This document shows, piece by piece, positions 1 to 8,912 of a DNA stretch of 64,000 bases. The stretch is taken from positions 1,216,001 to 1,280,000 of the forward strand of contig OY763415.1 in assembly GCA_963667565.1 (NCBI GenBank), written 5' to 3'. The notes beneath the pieces are model-generated. The model did no database searches. It was not told where the DNA came from and was given only the letters and a program-made list of their open reading frames with translations. The stretch comes from Acholeplasmataceae bacterium (GTDB taxonomy: Bacteria; Bacillota_I; Bacilli_A; Acholeplasmatales; Acholeplasmataceae). Position 1 is the stretch's first letter. Every line of letters begins with the position of its first letter. A program made the position numbers and the translations under genes.

Positions 1-30
1 TGGTTTAGCTAACATGTATACTTGACTCAT
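1..30 (-). CDS. 5' end of a gene running off the left edge (MSQVYMLAKP...), possibly an NrdH/glutaredoxin-like redoxin
   Basis: ATG at 30-28 overlaps the nrdF TGA (ATGA) and follows AGGAGGAAAAGA. VYxxxKP resembles the residues before the CxxC of NrdH-like redoxins, but the CxxC is outside the window. Confidence 0.5.
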   Translation of the reverse strand, partial: MSQVYMLAKP

Positions 31-1133
31 TCTTTTCCTCCTACTTTAGGTGTATCAAAGTAAAAATCTTGGTCTTTTAAACTTTCTGATTTCATTTTTT
101 GATATCCATTTCCCTTCATTGAGAAGTTATCCATTGTTTTTGTTTCTGTATTTAATCCATTTAAAACAACAGGATTTACTTCTTCAAATGGATAAATTGG
201 ATCAAAACCTAAATTCATTAATGCTTTATTTGCATTATATCTTACAAACACTTTAACATCATGAGTCAGTTCAACAGGATCATAAACTGTTTCAACTAAT
301 TCAGATTGTTCTTTATATAATTTATGTAGTAGATTAAACATCCAACCTTTAAGTTCTTCTTGTTTTTGCTCATCAAATTGATTAAAGATCTCTTGAGCTA
401 AACGTCCTACATATAATCCATGTATACTTTCATCTCTTAAAATTAAGTTGATAATCTCTCCTGCTTGCATCAGTTTTCCTTGTCCATAGAAATACAGAGG
501 ATAATAAAATCCACTATAAAATAACCATGTTTCTAAAAAGACACTTGCAGTCATTGCTTTCCATTGTGCTTCTTTAAATTCTTCATCTGAGAAATTAACG
601 TGTTCTTGATCATACTTTCTTAAATAATTGTATCGATCTAAGACTTCATAAGCACCTACAATAAGACTCATCATATTTTGAAGATTTTGGTTTTGTTCAC
701 CCCAATTAAATAATTCATCAATATCCGTTGTCGACATGTATGTCATGAAGATATTTGAATAACTTTTTGCGTGTACAGCGTTTTCCATTGCTGCCATAAA
801 ATTAATAACAGCCTTTCTTTGGTGCCATTTTTCATCTAAAGAGCGGGAAACAACAGGCATACCGATATCACCTTGGTATGTATCTAAAAACGTTAAGACA
901 AGTAAATTACGTGCATAAGCCAATTTGACATCTTCTGGCAATATATGCCATACATTTAAATCGGGTTGAAGAGATATATCTTCTGGTCTCCAAAATTGAC
1001 TTAAATTTTGTTCATAAAAGAATTGCGTGTATGGATCTTCATTTTCATTCCAATTTGCACCACTAAATTCTAATGGCGGTTCAAAATAAGGTTTTTTAGG
1101 TGTATTTGATTTCTTCTTGACTTCTTTTGACAT
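27..1133 (-). CDS. nrdF: Class Ib ribonucleotide reductase beta subunit
   Basis: Metal ligands intact: LDTYQ, ENAVHAKSY (radical Tyr), FLETWLFYSGF, RDESIHG. Start moved to ATG 1133 behind AGGAGG. Confidence 0.95.
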   Translation of the reverse strand: MSKEVKKKSNTPKKPYFEPPLEFSGANWNENEDPYTQFFYEQNLSQFWRPEDISLQPDLNVWHILPEDVKLAYARNLLVLTFLDTYQGDIGMPVVSRSLDEKWHQRKAVINFMAAMENAVHAKSYSNIFMTYMSTTDIDELFNWGEQNQNLQNMMSLIVGAYEVLDRYNYLRKYDQEHVNFSDEEFKEAQWKAMTASVFLETWLFYSGFYYPLYFYGQGKLMQAGEIINLILRDESIHGLYVGRLAQEIFNQFDEQKQEELKGWMFNLLHKLYKEQSELVETVYDPVELTHDVKVFVRYNANKALMNLGFDPIYPFEEVNPVVLNGLNTETKTMDNFSMKGNGYQKMKSESLKDQDFYFDTPKVGGKE

Positions 1134-1141
1134 AAATCCTC

Positions 1142-3241
1142 CTAAACCGCGCAAGCTTCGCACTCTTCAACTTTAAGTTTTTGAGTACGCGTATAATATA
1201 GTGTTTTAATACCTTGATAATGTGCATATAAATAGTATTTTTGTAAATCTCTTGTGGTTTCATCTGATGTAATGGCTAATTCGAATGAAATCCCTTGATC
1301 AACGTGCTTTTGTGCAGTCGCAATCACATCAATCACTTTGTAGTTATCCATTTTATATGCAGTTTCATACATGAATTCTGCTACATCTAAAGCTGGCATA
1401 GGGAAATATGTCTTAGAATTTCCATATGTTCTTTCCTCTACTAATTGTTTAATTGGCGTTAAAGATGGAGTAGCACTCATGACATACGCAATACTTCCAT
1501 TAGGTGCGACGGCTAAACGGTGTGAATTATATAATCCATGTTCCATCACATCTTTTTTAAGTTTTGCCCAATCTTCATCTGATGGAATTTCAATACCTTC
1601 AAAAATTTCTTTAACTTTTTCAGTTTTAGGATAAATGGCACCTCTTCCATCAAAATAAGAACCATCTGCATATTTAGATTTTTCAAATTCAAAAAAGATT
1701 TCTTTTGTCTTTTTTGCATTTTCCATAGAGTGTACTAAACTATAATAATTAACGATATTAAAGAACACATCAATTAAATCAATATTTTCCTCACTACCAT
1801 ATGAAATATAGTTTTCTGATATAAATCCATGATGGCCCATAATACCAAAACCAACACTTCTGTTTAATCTGTTTGCTTTTGCAACTGCGGGCACATATGA
1901 AATATTGGTTTGTCTAGAGACTGAATTCATAATATCCATAGCAGCAAACACTGTATCTTTAATGGTATTATGTTTAATCATATTGCCCATGTGTCCAGAT
2001 GCTAGATTACATGAAATATCCATACCGATTTGATCTTCATCATGCTTATCATAATCTGCATAATATGAAGTGATTGTTGGTTGCAATATTTCTGTACATA
2101 AATTTGAGAATTTAACAGGATTACTCATTGCATTAACTTTGTTTACATTGTCTGCAAACATAATATATGGATATCCACTTTCACCTTGTAGTGATGCAAT
2201 GGCATCTAAAAGTTTACGTGGATTAATTTTTCTTTTTCTGACTTTAGGATTATCCACTAATTTGTCATACCATTCATCCATTTTAATTGATATATCAGCA
2301 AAATTCATACCATATTCTTTATAGACAGTATGTGGATAGAAAACATACATATCTTTGTTTTCTCTTGCAAGTTCGATCATCTTATCGGGCATAACAACAC
2401 CCATCGACAATGTTTTAACTCGGATATCATCATCTGCATTCAATTTCTTCATGTTTAAGAAATCCTCAATATCTGCATGGAACACATTTAAATAAACAGC
2501 GCCAGCGCCTGTGCGTTGACCCATTTGATCAGCATATCTAAAATTATTGTCAAGTAATTTAGCGACACCTACAATACCTTTTGAAACATTTGGTATTTCT
2601 TTAATCGTTTCACCTTTTGCTCTTAAATTAGATAAGTTAATCGCAACACCACCACCAATTTTAGATAGTTGCATTGAGAACTCAGAAATTCTAGAAATAT
2701 CATTTAATGAATCCCCTGCTTCTAGTAAGAAGCATGAAACAAATTCTCCACGTTTCATTTTTCCTGTATTTAATAACGTTGGTGTGGCAGGTGTGAAATC
2801 TTGAGCAATTAAACTCTTGATTAATCGTTTTGCCATTTCAAAATCACCATCAGCATGATATAAAGCATTCACTGCTAAACGATCTTCATAGCGTTCCAAA
2901 AATACTTTTTTATCTCTCGATTTAAGTGCGTAGTCATTATAAAACTTAAATGCACCCATATATGTTGGAAATCTAAACTTTTGAGCATAAGCATAATCAT
3001 ATATCTCTTGAATTTGTTCAAATGTATATTTATCTAAAAATGCTTTCTCATAATACTCATTATCCACTAAATAATGTAGTTTTTCATGTAATGAATGGAA
3101 AAATTGAGTCTTCTTATTGATTTCATTTAAGAAATAAGATTTAACTGCCTCTTTATCTTTTTGCAAGTCTTTAATATGACCCGTTTCATCAACAATCTGA
3201 TTGTTTAAAATAATCCACTCTGGTATCGTATTTCGATCCAT
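1142..3241 (-). CDS. nrdE: Class Ib ribonucleotide reductase alpha subunit
   Basis: TPATPTLLN, VSCFLL, FSNLCTEI, ISCNL, APNGSIA, KTLYY and C-terminal CEAC; no ATP cone. Start moved to ATG 3241. Confidence 0.95.
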   Translation of the reverse strand: MDRNTIPEWIILNNQIVDETGHIKDLQKDKEAVKSYFLNEINKKTQFFHSLHEKLHYLVDNEYYEKAFLDKYTFEQIQEIYDYAYAQKFRFPTYMGAFKFYNDYALKSRDKKVFLERYEDRLAVNALYHADGDFEMAKRLIKSLIAQDFTPATPTLLNTGKMKRGEFVSCFLLEAGDSLNDISRISEFSMQLSKIGGGVAINLSNLRAKGETIKEIPNVSKGIVGVAKLLDNNFRYADQMGQRTGAGAVYLNVFHADIEDFLNMKKLNADDDIRVKTLSMGVVMPDKMIELARENKDMYVFYPHTVYKEYGMNFADISIKMDEWYDKLVDNPKVRKRKINPRKLLDAIASLQGESGYPYIMFADNVNKVNAMSNPVKFSNLCTEILQPTITSYYADYDKHDEDQIGMDISCNLASGHMGNMIKHNTIKDTVFAAMDIMNSVSRQTNISYVPAVAKANRLNRSVGFGIMGHHGFISENYISYGSEENIDLIDVFFNIVNYYSLVHSMENAKKTKEIFFEFEKSKYADGSYFDGRGAIYPKTEKVKEIFEGIEIPSDEDWAKLKKDVMEHGLYNSHRLAVAPNGSIAYVMSATPSLTPIKQLVEERTYGNSKTYFPMPALDVAEFMYETAYKMDNYKVIDVIATAQKHVDQGISFELAITSDETTRDLQKYYLYAHYQGIKTLYYTRTQKLKVEECEACAV

Positions 3242-3245
3242 AAAA

Positions 3246-3923
3246 TCAACCCTCTTTCTTATCCCCTTCTGGATAAATAAATGTATGAGCCTCGTAAGGT
3301 ATGTTCTTATTATACAAATCATTTAAGCTCATGATAAACGATTTGCACTCTACAAATGCACTTTCATCTAAAAAAGGGTATTTTACACTTCTAATTTGAC
3401 TCAATCCTTGGTCGTTTTTTACAACAAAATGAATAGCTTCAATTAATTTATTAATTAATTTTAGATCTTTAAGTTTAATACCCATTGTATGTTCAATCAA
3501 ATCAAGGTCATCTATGGTTAATAAGTGGTATGGTAGTTTCATATCAATATGATATCCATCAACTAATTTTTTATCCATGAGCACTTGCATTTTATGTAGT
3601 TCAACACCAGTTGTATAAATGATGATCTTCTTTTGTGTTGCTTGTCTAATTTTAGTCAAATCTTCAATTAAATCTTCAAGTGGTGCTAGTAAAAATTCAC
3701 CTCCACTAAAAAGGAGATAATCAAAAAGATCTTGTTGCTTGATGATATATTCTAAAACATCGTCTATGGTATAAAATTGCTCATGTTGTTTAACGACTAA
3801 TTCATCATAGTTAAAACACTCATAACATTTAAACATACATCCAGTGAGACCATGGATCAGTAATGATGGATGATTTTCAATTTCAGAAAAGGTTAATATT
3901 AATTTTTTATAATACTTAATCAT
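3246..3923 (-). CDS. nrdG: Radical SAM activase for class III RNR
   Basis: CMFKCYEC (CxxxCxxC), FSGGE; directly downstream of nrdD. Start moved to ATG 3923 behind AAGGAAGG. Confidence 0.85.
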   Translation of the reverse strand: MIKYYKKLILTFSEIENHPSLLIHGLTGCMFKCYECFNYDELVVKQHEQFYTIDDVLEYIIKQQDLFDYLLFSGGEFLLAPLEDLIEDLTKIRQATQKKIIIYTTGVELHKMQVLMDKKLVDGYHIDMKLPYHLLTIDDLDLIEHTMGIKLKDLKLINKLIEAIHFVVKNDQGLSQIRSVKYPFLDESAFVECKSFIMSLNDLYNKNIPYEAHTFIYPEGDKKEG

Positions 3924-3937
3924 ATGTATCCTTCCTT

Positions 3938-3980
3938 TAAAAATAAAGTCCTTCAAAGTAAAAACTTTAAAGGATTTTAT
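3938..3980 (-). terminator. Long hairpin with short U-tract between nrdD and nrdG (terminator or processing/stability element)
   Basis: Minus strand ATAAAATCCTTTAAAGT-TTTT-ACTTTGAAGGACTTTAT then TTTT. Confidence 0.5.
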
Positions 3981-4017
3981 CATTTTAGTTTTTTTGACTT
4001 AGAGTCAAAGTATCGTT

Positions 4018-5961
4018 TTATTCTTCTTTGGTTGCTGCATCGTTTTGTTCAAAACGTCTACGTTGAGCCCAGTCTAATCGTCTTGCTCTACTCCAGAAGT
4101 TATAATCACCTTTGTAGTAACCTTTTTCGTCTACGTTAATATTTTGTCTTGCAATCATTCTTACATATCCAATGACTCTTGAGAATGTTGCGATATCATG
4201 TGATCCACAAACTGGACATGCATCCACGTTTTTAGCATCTTTAGCAACTATCTTAGTACCACATTCTTGGCAAGCTGTAATGGTTGGAGTTAATGTAATA
4301 TAATTGATTGGTTTTTTAAATAAATTTTGTAAATAATTTGATAGAATCTCAGGTTCAATAGCATCTTCAATAAAGTGGTGAAGAATAGATCCTGATGTTG
4401 CATATCCTTGAAATTCAGCAGCATTCTCAATTTGTAAAGTAAAATCTTCTTCACTAAATGGTAGCATGCATCCTGAAGTTAAGAAGACATCATCATCATG
4501 TCCTTGAACGAAAATCTCTTTACCGTGATTTTTAGCCCATTTAACATCACTTCTTGCAAGTTTGATCCCAGCATTTTCAGCAGGTGCATATTCAATACCG
4601 CAAGCGACGTGGTCTCTGACAATAAATTCATTAATGATTTCACTCATATATTGCATAAGTTCGTGTGCAAACAACTTACCTTCTTTGTCACTCATACCAT
4701 CTTTAAAACCAATATTAATTAACCCTTCATGCATACCTGTGACAGCAAATACATTGAAGTAGTTTCTTAAATCATGATTAAATGCGAAGAATGTAGGATA
4801 TAGCTCTTGATGGTTTTCAACCCATGCACGTTTTGCCATGTGTCCTTCTTCCATTACTTCCAAATATTCTCTCATTTTCATTTTTAATAAATCGTGATCA
4901 TGCCCGAATTCAACAAGCAAACGATTCATATTTAGATTAAGCACTTGAATCGCACCAACATTACCCACTGATGAACCGAAAATACCACCACCTGCTCTTG
5001 ATAAAACAGATAGGTCAATATTTAAACGACAACATAAACTTCTTGAAACACTTGGGTCTTTTGGCTTAATAAAAGGATTTAACTTTGTATAATAGTGATC
5101 AGTAAATGGTCTAGTTCTAAAGTTTTCAAAATAGACTCCGCCCCATTGATACATTTGTTTTAATAAGTGAAGGAATACTTCGTTATCATAATTGAAATTA
5201 TCATCAATTTGAACGGTAATTAAAGGGAATGTTAATGGAATACCTTTTTTTGTACCTTTAGCCATTGCATTAATGAATGCTAAATTGATACGGTCAAAAA
5301 ATTCAGCAGGAATATCTTTATATTGATAATCCATACCTTCTCCACCAATAACGACATATTCATCTCTGATTTCTTCTGATGGTTTACCAAACTCTAATGT
5401 ACAATTAGAAAATGCTGATTCTGAACCAGAACGAAGCGGTAAATTTAATTCATAAATCAATTGATACATCATTTTAGTTAATGTATGTTCTGTATAAAAT
5501 TGACGATTTCTTTCTTCTTCATAAAGATATGATGCTAAAATAGTTGTCATTTGAGAAAGCATGACGGCACCTGAAACTTGTTGACTCATTAAAGTAACTA
5601 CATTACTAAAATGACGAATAAGTGTAGGTAGCGATGATGCAGCATCAGATTCTAACATATTTTTTGCAATACTTGGAATTCCTTTAGTTGCTATATCTTT
5701 ACAACTAACTGATTGGCAATAAGATGATAATTGTTTATCATGAATATAAATGACACCGTCATTATATAATTCAACTAATTTGCGAGGAAATATGTGCTTC
5801 ATTAAATATTCTTCTTCTGCTTTATTAGAAATATTTTTTCTAAGAAGCGGAAGCGAATATACGAAATTACTATTTTCACGTTTTAAATAGTCAGATCTCT
5901 TATCCTCATCATTTCCTATAAATTTGTTAATTAATTCTTCTGTAGTTTTAAACATTGACAT
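4018..5961 (-). CDS. nrdD: Class III (anaerobic) ribonucleoside-triphosphate reductase, no ATP cone
   Basis: ENSN near the N-terminus, YIHD, SYC, SRSLCCRL, APAEN, Zn ribbon CQECG..CPVCG, glycyl-radical loop FSRVIGY. Confidence 0.95.
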   Translation of the reverse strand: MSMFKTTEELINKFIGNDEDKRSDYLKRENSNFVYSLPLLRKNISNKAEEEYLMKHIFPRKLVELYNDGVIYIHDKQLSSYCQSVSCKDIATKGIPSIAKNMLESDAASSLPTLIRHFSNVVTLMSQQVSGAVMLSQMTTILASYLYEEERNRQFYTEHTLTKMMYQLIYELNLPLRSGSESAFSNCTLEFGKPSEEIRDEYVVIGGEGMDYQYKDIPAEFFDRINLAFINAMAKGTKKGIPLTFPLITVQIDDNFNYDNEVFLHLLKQMYQWGGVYFENFRTRPFTDHYYTKLNPFIKPKDPSVSRSLCCRLNIDLSVLSRAGGGIFGSSVGNVGAIQVLNLNMNRLLVEFGHDHDLLKMKMREYLEVMEEGHMAKRAWVENHQELYPTFFAFNHDLRNYFNVFAVTGMHEGLINIGFKDGMSDKEGKLFAHELMQYMSEIINEFIVRDHVACGIEYAPAENAGIKLARSDVKWAKNHGKEIFVQGHDDDVFLTSGCMLPFSEEDFTLQIENAAEFQGYATSGSILHHFIEDAIEPEILSNYLQNLFKKPINYITLTPTITACQECGTKIVAKDAKNVDACPVCGSHDIATFSRVIGYVRMIARQNINVDEKGYYKGDYNFWSRARRLDWAQRRRFEQNDAATKEE

Positions 5962-6334
5962 AACTCTGATCCCCTTTTTGATTGATTTGGTCTTTAATCC
6001 ATTTTTTTACTAATTCGACATCCCTATCAAATCCTGACGCTTCAAACTTTAAGATGAGCGGAATTTGATATTTTTCTTTGATTTTGTCGCCAGCTGCGCC
6101 ATAATTGGTACCCCAATTTCTATTACCTGAGACGCATACACCTTTAACCATTTTTGCAAATTGGTTTAAAAATGATTCGGTTGCTTTGGGTATCTCTCCA
6201 AAATTAAAGGTTCTAGTAACTAATAAAACATCATCAGATGACATTTCATAGTGGTTAATGTCACACGTTTTAAGATTTAGTTTTTCAGCAAATTTCTTTG
6301 CTTGTCCAGTTAAACTATCGTAGACAATGATCAT
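5948..6334 (-). CDS. nrdI: Class Ib RNR flavodoxin NrdI
   Basis: IVYDSLTGQAKKF, TRTFNFGEIP, VSGNRNWGTNYGAAG, KFEASG. Start moved to ATG 6334. Confidence 0.93.
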   Translation of the reverse strand: MIIVYDSLTGQAKKFAEKLNLKTCDINHYEMSSDDVLLVTRTFNFGEIPKATESFLNQFAKMVKGVCVSGNRNWGTNYGAAGDKIKEKYQIPLILKFEASGFDRDVELVKKWIKDQINQKGDQSYVNV

Positions 6335-6354
6335 TAACTCACTTCCTTTATATG

Positions 6355-6385
6355 AAAAAAAATAAAGCATACATAGTATGCTTTA
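6355..6385 (-). terminator. Intrinsic terminator inside the nrd operon leader
   Basis: Perfect 10-bp stem TAAAGCATAC-TAT-GTATGCTTTA followed by T8, about 20 nt before the nrdI ATG. Confidence 0.8.
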
Positions 6386-6494
6386 GGATACAGAGTGTGT
6401 GTAAAAAAGAACACGAGATGTTCGTATTTATACATATTCTAAATATCCCCTTAAGCACAACTGCGCATATCCCCATGCGCATCCCATTGCTGTG
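6355..6494 (-). ncRNA. Candidate cis-regulatory leader RNA (attenuator/riboswitch) of the nrd operon
   Basis: GC-rich nested stems CACAGC/GUUGUG and UGCGCAU/AUGCGCA, a possible antiterminator and a terminator, all between promoter and RBS. Confidence 0.6.
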
Positions 6495-6499
6495 TTCTT

Positions 6500-6528
6500 A
6501 TTATAGGAAATTTTTATAGATTATGCAA
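6500..6528 (-). promoter_or_regulatory. sigma70 promoter of the nrd operon
   Basis: TTGCAT (6528-6523), 17 bp, TATAAT (6505-6500). Confidence 0.8.
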
Positions 6529-6551
6529 CACTTTTTTTGTAAAAAATTTAT

Positions 6552-8243
6552 TTAATTTATATCCTCTAAAATGACATCAATTTTAGTACCATAACCAAGG
6601 GAAGATGTCAAGTGAATATGCCCTTTATATTTTAATACAATATGTTTCACGATAGCTAAACCTAAGCCCGTTCCACCATCAAGACGCCCCTTGTCAACTC
6701 TATAAAATCTCTCGAAAACGCGCTGTTGATGCTCTATACTGATACCAAATCCTTGGTCTTCAATCGAGATCTTAATTTGATTATTTTCTTTGTGTAACAT
6801 AAGGTGTATTTCTTTATCAGGATCACTATATTTAATAGAATTTTCAATTAAATTCTTAAATAACTTTTGAATATCTAATGGATCACAATGCATAAACACT
6901 TCACTTTCGTTTATATTAATATGCATATTTTTATGTTTTATCTGATTTTTTAAACTTTCAATCGTTAATTTTAAAATAGCATTTAAATTTTGTTTTTCAA
7001 ATTGACCACCTTTTAATTGTTCCAATCTTGATAGCATAAGCATATCTTCAACAAGTAAACTCATGTTCATGGTTTGTGTATGAATCGTTGAAGCTGCTTC
7101 AATAATCTCTTTAGGGTCTTTGATTATTTGATGTTCGATTAACTCTGCATTACCACTGATTGCAGTTAGTGGTGATTTTAATTCATGTGAAGCATGAGCA
7201 AAGAAATCACGTTTAACTTGTGATAGTTGTCGCTCTTGCAATACATCTTTTAAAATCACTAATACTGTTGGTTGTTTATTTAAATCGATTTGTCGATAAA
7301 GTTTTATAATTTTTACTTCATAAATAATATCTGAAATAGTTATGTCAAAAGATGCATCAATATGATTGGTATTGGTTGCTTCGATGGCTTCTTTTAACAC
7401 ATGATTTCTTAAAACGGTATAAAGCGGTTTATTTAAATCACTTTTATGTAGGTCAAATAACGCTTTTGCATCATCATTAAAATATGTCACAAAATTATTT
7501 TCATCAAAAAGCAAGACAGCTTGTTTTAACTGATTTAGAACAACATCAAGTTGTTTTTGATATGACTCTACTTGTTTTAAATATTTAGATGTTTCTAAAT
7601 TTACTTGATTCATCTCATATAACAAATCATTAATATCTCCATATTGACTATTTAGACTCATGACTTGATATCTACCTTCATTCAATGCTACCATGCCTTC
7701 TTTAATTTTTTGTAATGGCATAAGCAAATTCTTATTCATTCTGTTTAAACCTAAATAATAAATTGCTGAAATTGCAATTGCACCTATTGCGAGCAAAGTA
7801 ATCACACGATTATAGATGCTTGTTTGTATTTCAAGAGGTACTGATACTCTTAAATATCCACCATCATCAAGTGCTGTGGCCATATATAAAAGTTCAACAC
7901 CAATCGTTGCTGATGTTCTTGAATAAACTTTACCTAAATTAAGTATTTCTGGTCGTTCACTCTTATCTTGTCCAACACCTTCATCATGTGAATCTGCTAA
8001 AACATAACCTTCGCTATCTAATATGGTAATTCTTCGATCAAGATAACTATAAGCACTAACAAATTCTAAAGGTGTTCCATCAAACTGATCATAAGATATT
8101 TCTACTTCATTTAAAATAAATGTCATAAATGCAGTTTTATTTTTATTTTCGAAATAGTATAAAGAAAAAAAAGCGACGATAAAAAATAAAACGAGTGCAC
8201 TTATTAAAAGGATCATGTTATTTCTTACGATAGCTTTTCTCAT
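6552..8243 (-). CDS. phoR: PhoR-type sensor histidine kinase
   Basis: Two TM segments, PAS-like region, H-box FFAHASHELKSPL, N-box NLIENSIKY, FYRVDKGR, GGTGLGLAIVKH; follows pst-phoU-phoP. Confidence 0.88.
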   Translation of the reverse strand: MRKAIVRNNMILLISALVLFFIVAFFSLYYFENKNKTAFMTFILNEVEISYDQFDGTPLEFVSAYSYLDRRITILDSEGYVLADSHDEGVGQDKSERPEILNLGKVYSRTSATIGVELLYMATALDDGGYLRVSVPLEIQTSIYNRVITLLAIGAIAISAIYYLGLNRMNKNLLMPLQKIKEGMVALNEGRYQVMSLNSQYGDINDLLYEMNQVNLETSKYLKQVESYQKQLDVVLNQLKQAVLLFDENNFVTYFNDDAKALFDLHKSDLNKPLYTVLRNHVLKEAIEATNTNHIDASFDITISDIIYEVKIIKLYRQIDLNKQPTVLVILKDVLQERQLSQVKRDFFAHASHELKSPLTAISGNAELIEHQIIKDPKEIIEAASTIHTQTMNMSLLVEDMLMLSRLEQLKGGQFEKQNLNAILKLTIESLKNQIKHKNMHININESEVFMHCDPLDIQKLFKNLIENSIKYSDPDKEIHLMLHKENNQIKISIEDQGFGISIEHQQRVFERFYRVDKGRLDGGTGLGLAIVKHIVLKYKGHIHLTSSLGYGTKIDVILEDIN

Positions 8244-8902
8244 TGAATGTGATAACCTACACTTCTTACTGTTTTGATACTAATTTTAGCGTCAAAATCA
8301 CTTAATTTTTTTCTTAATGACTTGATATGCATATCAAGTGTTCTTGTTTCACCAATAAAATCGGTGTCCCAAACAGCTTTAAAAATCTGCTCTTTAGTAA
8401 TAACTTCATGTTGATATGTCATAAGCATTTTTAATATGTCATATTCTTTTTGTGTAAAATATACTTCTTGATTATTTACTAAAATAATATGTTTACGATC
8501 ATCAATGATGACATTTTCAATTTGAAGACGTTTGTTATCCTGAATTTTTCTTAGTTTTGCTTGTATTCTCGATGTTAATTCTAAAATACCAAAAGGCTTT
8601 GTCATATAATCATCAGCACCTAAATCAAGTGCTAAGACTTTATCCATTTCACTTTGAAGCGCTGAAATCATCATTATTGGAATTTCTTTATCCATTTTTC
8701 TAATTAATTTCAAAATGTCTAATCCAGAATAATCAGGCAACATAATATCTAAACATATAAGATCTGGTTTATTTTTTCTAAATGCGTCTAAAAAAGCTTC
8801 ACCAGTAGTAAATCCCATACCCTCAATACCAGCATTTTTTAGAGTTTTATCTATAATGTTTGCAATTGCCTGATCATCTTCTACAAAATATACTAATGCC
8901 AT
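8240..8902 (-). CDS. phoP: OmpR-family response regulator PhoP/PhoB
   Basis: VEDD, LDIMLPD, GADDYMTKPF, winged helix RTLDMHIKSLRKKL..TVRSVGY. Confidence 0.88.
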   Translation of the reverse strand: MALVYFVEDDQAIANIIDKTLKNAGIEGMGFTTGEAFLDAFRKNKPDLICLDIMLPDYSGLDILKLIRKMDKEIPIMMISALQSEMDKVLALDLGADDYMTKPFGILELTSRIQAKLRKIQDNKRLQIENVIIDDRKHIILVNNQEVYFTQKEYDILKMLMTYQHEVITKEQIFKAVWDTDFIGETRTLDMHIKSLRKKLSDFDAKISIKTVRSVGYHIQ

Positions 8903-8912
8903 ATTTAATCTC

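Noticed and set aside
27..1133. Metal-free class Ie (DOPA radical) RNR beta, as found in some Mollicutes
   Set aside because: All canonical Asp/Glu/His metal ligands are present, so it is ordinary class Ib.
1142..5961. Inteins or group I introns in nrdE/nrdD
   Set aside because: Both ORFs are continuous, of normal length, and show no splicing or homing-endonuclease motifs.
6428..6487. Leader peptide MGCAWGYAQLCLRGYLEYV in the nrd leader
   Set aside because: No RBS and no run of regulatory codons; probably chance, though not excluded.
6335..6551. NrdR box, or purine/2'-dG, cobalamin or yybP-ykoY riboswitch in the nrd leader
   Set aside because: By eye there is no acaCwAtATaTwGtg match and none of the conserved cores; AAGGGGAUA only superficially resembles yybP. 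An Rfam scan is still needed.
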